Shown piece after piece: positions 22,713 to 29,806 of a stretch of DNA of 60,810 nucleotides; the first letter of the stretch is position 1, and the number at the start of each line of letters is the position of its first letter. The notes beneath the pieces were generated by a model. It made no database searches and had not been told where the DNA came from. It saw nothing but the letters and a program-made list of their open reading frames with translations. Position numbers and translations under genes: made by a program. The DNA comes from Gammaproteobacteria bacterium (lineage in GTDB: Bacteria > Pseudomonadota > Gammaproteobacteria > GCA-001735895), in the NCBI GenBank assembly GCA_051277905.1, contig JBNMQI010000001.1:1-60810 (forward strand), given 5' to 3'.

Positions 22713-24169
22713 TGAAATTTATTTATGTTTCGGATGAAGTTGATGAAAAGTCTTACCCTTGTAGTTTGAATCTTGTTTTTCGCGGATATACGTACTCTAT
22801 CGAAGTAGAAAAAGATAGCTATAGTTATAACTTTTCCAGTTATATGCCAGAGCATCGTCTCGGACCATGGTTGGACTCTCCTGAGGGATCTGTTGTTTTG
22901 GTTTCAAAAGATATTGGAATTGAACCAAAATACTTTTTTGTTGAGAAAAACGTTTATGGAAGAGACTTCGAGCCAACTGAGTACTTTGGTAGTAAAAGTG
23001 TGAACAGGGAGGGGAATAAATTTGGAGATTTATGCGTTATTAATGAAGAATCATCTGTAGCTGGTGAGTACATTCTTAGGGTGTATCGTAACTTAAATGC
23101 CCCGTGCCTTTTTGAACTTAATGTAGGGTTAGTGAATGCTTGTACGGTGGTTGATGATAATCTTATTATTCTAACGAAATACCCCCGTGGAATTCTAAGT
23201 CTAGATTCTTCATTTGTCATAAACTGGAAAAAAGAATTTCAGAATGCCAATCCCAGGCATGCCGATATCGCTTTCTTTCAGTATGAAAACAGTGCGATTG
23301 CTAGCTTAGGAAGCACCCATCGTGACGCTGGCGATGGGCAAATTATCTCCGTTGACACTAAAAATGGAGACACACTATGGCTTCGAGATATCCCGTTTGT
23401 TGTTGACTACTGCACACTTGTTGGTGATCGTATTTACCTCTCTGGTCGAGACGATTGGCAATGGTACATATTAAGCGCAGATACCGGTGAAATATTACTT
23501 GAGGATTCAATCAATTTTGAAGACGAAGATGCAGATTTAGGGCGTTTATGGTCGCATGATGGTTTTCTCTTTCTTTATCTAAGATATAACGTATTGCGCA
23601 TTATGGATGAAACGACGGGGAGAGTTCTTCAGGATATCCCAATACCAGAGGAGTTTATCTTATCTCTGGGGTTCTACCCCGAGGTCATTGGTGATTACAT
23701 CTATATCCGGTTAAGCAATGGGGGTGGCATCGAAAAAATGTCTACTTACGGGGGCGTCATGATTTTGCCACGTGAGGAACTCAAACAAGGCTTTCCTCTT
23801 AGTATTGAAGTCGAAGACAAAGGCGATATTAGCCATCAAGCCATTGCAGATGGAAAAACAGAATACTACGAAATTACCGCCTCCTATGAAGAGCTTGGCG
23901 ATGTATTGCGTTTTGGTCAGATAGAAGTAAAACTCGTTGCGCAACGTTTTGCTTATAACCATTGGGGAAACCTAGACGATAACTGGAAAACTCGCATTAA
24001 TAAAAAATTCGATGGACGCATGGTATTTAATGTCGATAAAGCCAAACTAAAGAACCCTGATGACAGCAAGTTTGATCTGATGGTCGAATTGTTCAATAAA
24101 CACTTTGCCGAAAAATTCCGCGCCCCAGCGAATAAAAAGCCGCTGACGATTGAGTGGCGGTATATTTAA
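22712..24169 (+). CDS. Large partner protein 3 (paralogue family)
   Basis: 485 aa. The ATG overlaps the TAA of the orphan module. Co-linear with the 20777 product. Confidence 0.85.
   Translation: MKFIYVSDEVDEKSYPCSLNLVFRGYTYSIEVEKDSYSYNFSSYMPEHRLGPWLDSPEGSVVLVSKDIGIEPKYFFVEKNVYGRDFEPTEYFGSKSVNREGNKFGDLCVINEESSVAGEYILRVYRNLNAPCLFELNVGLVNACTVVDDNLIILTKYPRGILSLDSSFVINWKKEFQNANPRHADIAFFQYENSAIASLGSTHRDAGDGQIISVDTKNGDTLWLRDIPFVVDYCTLVGDRIYLSGRDDWQWYILSADTGEILLEDSINFEDEDADLGRLWSHDGFLFLYLRYNVLRIMDETTGRVLQDIPIPEEFILSLGFYPEVIGDYIYIRLSNGGGIEKMSTYGGVMILPREELKQGFPLSIEVEDKGDISHQAIADGKTEYYEITASYEELGDVLRFGQIEVKLVAQRFAYNHWGNLDDNWKTRINKKFDGRMVFNVDKAKLKNPDDSKFDLMVELFNKHFAEKFRAPANKKPLTIEWRYI
23699..24169 (+). 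repeat. Copy B of 471-bp near-identical direct repeat
   Basis: See 21767-22237. Confidence 0.85.
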
Positions 24170-24187
24170 TTTTTAAGAGGATAAATC

Positions 24188-24637
24188 ATGGATGATCAAC
24201 GCGAACAGATCAAACAACTATTTATTGGTATGCCATTCGCGCTACTGCGTTGGGTAACACTGGCAGACGGCAATACCCTGGATAGAGCGACAAAGGTAAC
24301 CTTTGTTACTGTCATCAGTCGTGAGCCACACAAGACAGTAATCGGGTCTTCCTGGCAAGAGGTCAACCCAGAGGTTGGTGATGGATTGTTAGGATCTGAT
24401 GCTGAGGACCTTTCAGCGTTATTTCAGGCGTTTGTTGGTATCTCAGAAGTCATTGCCGGAGATAAAGAGAGCGGTGAAGGATTACGTAAAGCGCTCTTCG
24501 ATTTTGCCTACGATCTGGCTCTGGAGTTGGCCGAGCTTCCAAAAGAGGCAAGTGACTCTGAGCTACCTGATATTCAGAGGCTGTGTCTTCATGCACTCCT
24601 AGACCTGTTTGCATTATCGGAGAATGTCACGGAGTAA
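24188..24637 (+). CDS. Hypothetical acidic protein (149 aa)
   Basis: ATG preceded by AAGAGGA. No motif recognised. Confidence 0.55.
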   Translation: MDDQREQIKQLFIGMPFALLRWVTLADGNTLDRATKVTFVTVISREPHKTVIGSSWQEVNPEVGDGLLGSDAEDLSALFQAFVGISEVIAGDKESGEGLRKALFDFAYDLALELAELPKEASDSELPDIQRLCLHALLDLFALSENVTE

Positions 24638-24742
24638 AACGTTTTTTACAAGGAAACCGTTAAAAAATTTGATATCGATCCGGGTCGTCAGATTTGAGTA
24701 CTTAAATTCTCGGGTGAAGAAGCATTCCATCATTATTTTCAA

Positions 24743-25858
24743 GTGAATGGGTATTCTTCCGGCGAGCAAAATGACTTCTCTTCAGGTGACCAAGCAGGCC
24801 CGCTAAGACACCGCCCCAACCGTTACGTACCGGTAAAAGTGCCACTGTATGACGAACAAGGCACCATTAACGACCAAATAGCCGTTGCTAATAGCGATGA
24901 CGACAGGCTAACAAAAGCCGATGTTGATGCACGCTTTGGCTGGGTCTACCGCCCAGAACTCAGCTTCAGCATGATTGACCTTATGGTCAGCGAAATAAAC
25001 GAAGAGGATTTACTCAACCCGAGCAACACCATCAACCTGCTGAACGAAAAATCCCCCGTGATTAGCAGTACCGCCGATCTGGTTAAAGTGATTTTTAATT
25101 TAATTGGCTCAGAATACGAACGCATCACCTCGCTTGATGGCGAGCAGCAATACATCTTCGCCCTTGGTGATCAAGAAATCGAAGTCACACTGGATAAAGG
25201 CAAAGACGGAAGTGAAGAACAACAAATCAGTTTCAGCAATCTTGAATACCTCAGTGAACTCGAAGTAGAGGATTACCTGACGTTGAGTTTGTATTTAAAT
25301 CAAGATGCACAGAATACGCTTTGGGAGTGGGCTTTCACCACGCTAGATGTCGATATCGACTCAGACAATAACAATGGCTTTGAATCGCCTGATAGAACCC
25401 CAGAAGAAGAAAACATAGAAAAAACTCAACAACACACCGGTAAGCGCATTCGAGTCAACACCGGAGATATTAACAACAATGATATTCCCGACTTTGCAGA
25501 ATTTGACTATCTAGATGAAACCGGTGCGCGCATAGGTAAACCCTTTGTGCCTTTTGTGGTTGAAATCCCGCCCGAAGTGCCCATCGTTAGAGCGACACTC
25601 AGTTTTCAATATAGCGGTTCAGATCCCCTTGGCGTCACCAGTATTGACGACCCTGATAATGAAGGCAAAAAAATCTACACCCGCTTCTACGACGACCGCG
25701 AACGCGACCAACCCATCGAAGACTTAGAACGTCAGTTCACCACACCAGAATGGGAAGTAGCCATGTTTGACTGCGATGATGAGGCGTTATTGAAACTCAC
25801 AGAAGCGCTAACGGATGCATGGGGCCATGCTTTGAAGGACGGTAATCTTCCGGAGTAA
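24743..25858 (+). CDS. Hypothetical acidic protein (371 aa), start uncertain
   Basis: GTG start without an obvious RBS. The frame is open from 24698 with no ATG until residue about 85. Contains an Asp/Asn-rich ..DVDIDSDNNNGFESPD..GDINNNDIPDF.. segment. Confidence 0.5.
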   Translation: MNGYSSGEQNDFSSGDQAGPLRHRPNRYVPVKVPLYDEQGTINDQIAVANSDDDRLTKADVDARFGWVYRPELSFSMIDLMVSEINEEDLLNPSNTINLLNEKSPVISSTADLVKVIFNLIGSEYERITSLDGEQQYIFALGDQEIEVTLDKGKDGSEEQQISFSNLEYLSELEVEDYLTLSLYLNQDAQNTLWEWAFTTLDVDIDSDNNNGFESPDRTPEEENIEKTQQHTGKRIRVNTGDINNNDIPDFAEFDYLDETGARIGKPFVPFVVEIPPEVPIVRATLSFQYSGSDPLGVTSIDDPDNEGKKIYTRFYDDRERDQPIEDLERQFTTPEWEVAMFDCDDEALLKLTEALTDAWGHALKDGNLPE

Positions 25859-26034
25859 GGTTCAAACCCGCATCGTTTCTGATGCTGTTGGTAGCTACGA
25901 ACATAATACCTGTAAATATGATTCAACTAATTCCACCTGTCTGAAAACTGGTGGATTCGGGTACTCAGTTAACATATGCATGTAGAATTTAGCTTTGCAA
26001 TGAAACTATCTTCTGAGAATTATGCGAGTGTCAC

Positions 26035-26066
26035 GGTATTAGTCAGGTATTAGTCATGGTATTAAG
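26035..26066 (+). repeat. 2.7 tandem copies of GGTATTAGTCA (11-12 bp phasing)
   Basis: GGTATTAGTCA GGTATTAGTCA t GGTATTAAG, lying 29 bp left of the IS target site. Related to the palindrome arm GTATTAGTTCAGACC at 34536. Confidence 0.7.
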
Positions 26067-26189
26067 AGTAGTGATCTGAGAACACCGATGCTTAGAAAAT
26101 AGGGGTAAGCGGATTAAATGGTTGATCTTACCTTTGCATGAGAGTGAGACAGACCGGCATCTCATCGGATTATCTGGTTGATGCTTCAC

Positions 26190-26597
26190 CTACTGCTGGT
26201 GCATGTTTCCTTCGCTAATTCCAGCAAGAACCCCACACGCCTCAACTTCCCGGTCATCGTTGCAACTCGCTCTCAGTGAAACGAGTTGTTTCTCAAGCGC
26301 TTGCAGAGCGGTTATCTGCGACCGCACATGAGAGATGTGATCATCGAGCAAGGCGTTGACGGCGGTACAAGGCTGATGAGGGTCGTCCTGATAGCTCTGT
26401 AGTTCGTGAATCTCAGCCAGTGACAGGCCCAGGATTCTGCAGCGACGGATGAAGGCCAGCCCCTCACCATGCTTCTCGGTATAGACACGGTAACCGTTGT
26501 CCTGCCGATCAGGCGGCGGCAACAAGCCCTGCTGTTCATAGAAGCGGATCGTCTGTGTTTCGACCCCTACCAACTGCGCCAACTGACCAATGCGCAT
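26190..26597 (-). CDS. MerR family metal-responsive regulator (CadR/ZntR-like), IS passenger
   Basis: MRIGQLAQLVGVETQTIRFYEQQGLLPPPDR.. HTH. Cys residues near the C-terminus (..CTAVN.., ..CNDDREVEACG..). GAGGAGGAGG RBS. Confidence 0.88.
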   Translation of the reverse strand: MRIGQLAQLVGVETQTIRFYEQQGLLPPPDRQDNGYRVYTEKHGEGLAFIRRCRILGLSLAEIHELQSYQDDPHQPCTAVNALLDDHISHVRSQITALQALEKQLVSLRASCNDDREVEACGVLAGISEGNMHQQ

Positions 26598-26629
26598 CAG
26601 CCTCCTCCTCAACGGATTCTTTACTCTAT

Positions 26630-26660
26630 TGACCTTATAGTAGCTTTATAGTTTTAAATG
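26630..26660 (+). promoter_or_regulatory. MerR-type promoter with 19-bp spacer for the CDF gene
   Basis: TTGACC (26630-35), then a 19-bp spacer with TATAG..TATAG partial dyad, then TTAAAT (26655-60). It sits in the divergent merR-like/CDF intergenic region. Confidence 0.45.
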
Positions 26661-26692
26661 GTACCACAACATTGTTCAAGTGGAGTCGTATC

Positions 26693-27589
26693 ATGAGCAA
26701 ATCCTGTGGTGGCGCCTGTGGCGGTGACGCAACGTCCGCAGCGGATACCGATATACAGGCCTCCTCCGAGGCGCCAGGGAGATGGGTCAGTGTTTATGCC
26801 GTGCCGAAGATGGACTGTCCATCAGAAGAACGAATGATTCGCCTAGCCCTGAACGGCTTTGAGGAGATTCGGGCGCTGTCCTTCGACTTGTCGAACCGCC
26901 GGCTGAAGGTCGTGCATGACGGCGAGGTCGAGCCCGTCACCTCGAAACTGAAGACCTTGGGGCTAGGCGCCTCGCTTCAGGAAACCGTCGCTGCAAATCC
27001 GGAGACCATCAAGGCCGCCGAGTTTTCGGCAGCTTCTGCTAAGCAAGAATCCGGGACCCTGCGCTGGTTGCTCGGCATCAATGCACTTCTGTTCGTGGTG
27101 GAAATGACTGCCGGTCTGATCGCCCAGTCCACCGGCCTGATTGGAGAATCCCTGGACAATTTTGCCGATGCGGCGGTGTACGGGCTTGCCCTTTATGCGG
27201 TTGGACATAGCGTGAAAATGCAGGTACGTGCCGCGCATCTTGCTGGTGTACTGCAACTGATCTTGGCTGTGGGCGTGCTCGTAGAGGTGGTGAGACGCTT
27301 TGTATTCGGTAGTGAGCCTGAATCGCTGGTGATGATGGCTATCGCATTCGTCGCATTGATTGCCAATACCAGTTGTCTGCTGCTCATATCCAAACATCGG
27401 GAAGGCGGGGCGCACATGAAGGCAAGCTGGATATTCTCGGCCAACGACGTGGTGATCAACCTGGGGGTCATCACCGCCGGCGCCCTGGTCGCGTGGACCG
27501 GTTCCAATTATCCGGATCTGATTATCGGCACCATCGCGGGGGGCATTGTACTTAACGGTGCCAGACGCATTTTGGCGTTGAAGGGTTAA
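26693..27589 (+). CDS. Cation diffusion facilitator (CzcD-like) efflux protein with Cys-rich N-terminus, IS passenger
   Basis: MSKSCGGACGGD.., an HMA-like ..VPKMDCPSEERMIRLAL.. segment, then TM helices with ..GESLDNFADAAVY.. Start at ATG 26693 (GGAG upstream). Confidence 0.85.
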   Translation: MSKSCGGACGGDATSAADTDIQASSEAPGRWVSVYAVPKMDCPSEERMIRLALNGFEEIRALSFDLSNRRLKVVHDGEVEPVTSKLKTLGLGASLQETVAANPETIKAAEFSAASAKQESGTLRWLLGINALLFVVEMTAGLIAQSTGLIGESLDNFADAAVYGLALYAVGHSVKMQVRAAHLAGVLQLILAVGVLVEVVRRFVFGSEPESLVMMAIAFVALIANTSCLLLISKHREGGAHMKASWIFSANDVVINLGVITAGALVAWTGSNYPDLIIGTIAGGIVLNGARRILALKG

Positions 27590-27592
27590 ATA

Positions 27593-28105
27593 ATGCTCAT
27601 TATTGGCAAAAAGCTCTCGCCGTATGCCCTATTGTCCATATCGGGCCTGCTGGCAGCGTCTGATCAGGCTGTAAAGTGGCTGGTGCAGCAATCAATGGCC
27701 TATGGCGAGTATGTTTCGGTGACCCCGTTCTTTAACTGGGTGCACCTATGGAACACCGGTGCCGCATTCAGTCTTTTTGCGAATGGTGGAGGCTGGCAGC
27801 GCTACTTTTTTATCGGAATCGCGGTAGTGGTCTCGATTTTTCTGATCAAGCTGATCCTTGAAAATCGTCATAAAGGAGAAGCCATCGCTTACAGTCTTAT
27901 CCTCGGTGGCGCCATGGGCAACCTGATTGACCGGGTCTTTCGCGGCTATGTTGTGGATTCCTTTGATTTCTATTGGCGAGACTGGCATTGGCCGGCCTTC
28001 AACCTGGCTGATATTGCAATTGTCCTCGGTGCCTTACTTTTCGTTTCCAGCAGCTTGTTGGGTAAAAAAGCAAACACCAATGCCGAGCCGGATGGATCTG
28101 ACTGA
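27593..28105 (+). CDS. lspA: Signal peptidase II (lipoprotein signal peptidase), IS passenger
   Basis: 170 aa with ..FNWVHLWNTGAAFS.. and ..GGAMGNLIDRV..GYVVDSFDF..FNLADIAI.. LspA motifs. Confidence 0.9.
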   Translation: MLIIGKKLSPYALLSISGLLAASDQAVKWLVQQSMAYGEYVSVTPFFNWVHLWNTGAAFSLFANGGGWQRYFFIGIAVVVSIFLIKLILENRHKGEAIAYSLILGGAMGNLIDRVFRGYVVDSFDFYWRDWHWPAFNLADIAIVLGALLFVSSSLLGKKANTNAEPDGSD

Positions 28106-28126
28106 CACCTACGCCTATACAACACC

Positions 28127-29404
28127 ATGACCGAACTTCCCGACAACATCCTTCACCTGCCGCAATACCAAGTACTGGGCTGCAAATCAACCGACGACGA
28201 AATGCACTTCCAGGTGGACGTGCCCGATCCCATCGCCTGCGAGGAATGCGGCGTGCAGGGTGAGTTCGTACGGTTCGGCAAGCGTGACGTTCCCTATCGT
28301 GATCTGCCCATCCACGGCAAGCGGGTCACTCTCTGGGTGGTCCGCCGCCGATACACCTGCCGGGCCTGCAAGACAACATTCAGGCCCCAGCTACCGGAGA
28401 TGGTGGACGGATTCCGTATGACACTGCGGCTGCATGAGTACGTGGAGAAGGAATCCTTCAACCACCCCTACACCTTTGTGGCGGCACAGACCGGCCTGGA
28501 CGAGAAGACGGTGCGCGACATCTTCAACGCCCGCGCCGAGTTCCTGGGGCGCTGGCACCGCTTCGAGACGCCCCGCATCCTGGGCATTGACGAGCTATAC
28601 CTGAACAAGCGCTACCGCTGCATTCTGACCAACATTGAGGAGCGAACCCTGCTCGACCTGCTGGCCACCCGCCGCCAGGACGTGGTGACCAACTACCTGA
28701 TGAAGCTGAAAGACCGGCAGAAGGTCGAGATCGTCAGCATGGACATGTGGAACCCCTACCGGGCAGCGGTCAAGGCTGTGCTGCCCCAGGCCCGTATCGT
28801 GGTCGATAAGTTCCATGTGGTGCGCATGGCCAACGATGCCCTAGAGAGAGTGCGCAAGGGCCTCAGAAAGGAGCTGAAACCGTCCCAGAGCCGGACCCGG
28901 AAAATCCTGCTGAAACGCGCTCACGAAGTCTCAGACCGGGAGCGCCTCATCATGGAGACCTGGACAGGCGCGTTCCCGCAACTGCTGGCCGCCTACGAGC
29001 ACAAGGAGCGCTTCTACGGCATCTGGGACGCCACCACACGGCTCCAGGCAGAAGCCGCCCTGGACGAGTGGATAGCCACCATCCCGAAGGGCCAAAAGGA
29101 AGTCTGGAGCGATCTGGTCAGGGCAGTGGGAAACTGGCGCGAAGAGACCATGACCTACTTCGAGACGGACATGCCCGTCACCAACGCTTACACGGAGTCC
29201 ATCAACCGACTGGCCAAGGACAAGAACCGTGAAGGGCGCGGTTACTCCTTCGAGGTGATGCGGGCACGAATGCTCTACACCACGAAGCACAAGAAGAAGG
29301 CACCGACTGCGAAGGTCTCTCCTTTCTACAAGAAAACCATCGGTTACGGACTGCCGGACTTCGCAGAGGAACTCAACTACGGAGTCGATCTATCAACCAT
29401 CTGA
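28127..29404 (+). CDS. ISL3 family transposase
   Basis: 425 aa with an N-terminal Zn-ribbon (CEECG..CRACK). DDE context: ..LGIDELY.., ..VSMDMWNPY.., ..TNAYTESINR.. Confidence 0.92.
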   Translation: MTELPDNILHLPQYQVLGCKSTDDEMHFQVDVPDPIACEECGVQGEFVRFGKRDVPYRDLPIHGKRVTLWVVRRRYTCRACKTTFRPQLPEMVDGFRMTLRLHEYVEKESFNHPYTFVAAQTGLDEKTVRDIFNARAEFLGRWHRFETPRILGIDELYLNKRYRCILTNIEERTLLDLLATRRQDVVTNYLMKLKDRQKVEIVSMDMWNPYRAAVKAVLPQARIVVDKFHVVRMANDALERVRKGLRKELKPSQSRTRKILLKRAHEVSDRERLIMETWTGAFPQLLAAYEHKERFYGIWDATTRLQAEAALDEWIATIPKGQKEVWSDLVRAVGNWREETMTYFETDMPVTNAYTESINRLAKDKNREGRGYSFEVMRARMLYTTKHKKKAPTAKVSPFYKKTIGYGLPDFAEELNYGVDLSTI

Positions 29405-29602
29405 GGGTGGTATCAGATTGATGGGGTGAAGGTGCCCCATCAACCATTAAATCCGTATACCCGAAAATAGAACCCTTTCAATTCTGACGGAGTTGCCGTC
29501 ACTAGAATCACCATAAATCTCCATATTCCCTATCACCCAATCCCATTATTCCTTCTAACCATCATCTGTTGTCACAACGATAGTACCGTCCCTCCTGCTA
29601 AG

Positions 29603-29626
29603 GGTCTGTTGCCATGGTAACAAACA
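29603..29626 (+). promoter_or_regulatory. GGTCTGTTGC..ACAAACA motif, copy 1 (possible recombinase/regulator site)
   Basis: GGTCTGTTGCCATGGTAACAAACA. Recurs as GGTCTGTTGCATACAAACAG at 29777-29796, directly upstream of ATG 29807. Confidence 0.3.
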
Positions 29627-29776
29627 ACCTCGTCTCTCAATAGAGTTATTAAACTTCAATAAAATCAGTCACTTGAATTATTTTCAGGTGCCTTTTTTAG
29701 CCGATTTTTAGATCTGAACCCCCCGAATATTTCAAGAAATCTCGCCCCAAATCTGTTCTGTCCCATCGCTGCTATA

Positions 29777-29796
29777 GGTCTGTTGCATACAAACAG
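29777..29796 (+). promoter_or_regulatory. GGTCTGTTGC..ACAAACA motif, copy 2
   Basis: See 29603-29626. Confidence 0.3.
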
Positions 29797-29806
29797 AGGC
29801 ACGGAA

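Larger units (their letters stand above)
26103..29462 (+). mobile_element. ISL3-family insertion sequence with passenger genes (ISPpu12-like), 3360 bp
   Basis: 24-bp terminal inverted repeats (GGGTAAGCGGATTAAATGGTTGAT at 26103-26126; reverse complement of 29439-29462 is GGGTATACGGATTTAATGGTTGAT; 21/24 match). Perfect 8-bp target duplication GAAAATAG at 26095-26102 and 29463-29470. Composition is visibly more GC-rich than the surroundings. Confidence 0.92.

Noticed and set aside
26312-29290. Antisense and alternate-frame ORFs in the IS element (26312-26539, 26469-26651, 26963-27415, 26977-27159, 27193-27507, 27373-27555, 27746-27988, 27927-28130, 27999-28190, 28595-28816, 28931-29290)
   Set aside because: Long spurious frames are typical of the higher-GC IS segment. 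Each overlaps a gene with clear family motifs (MerR, CDF, LspA, ISL3 transposase).
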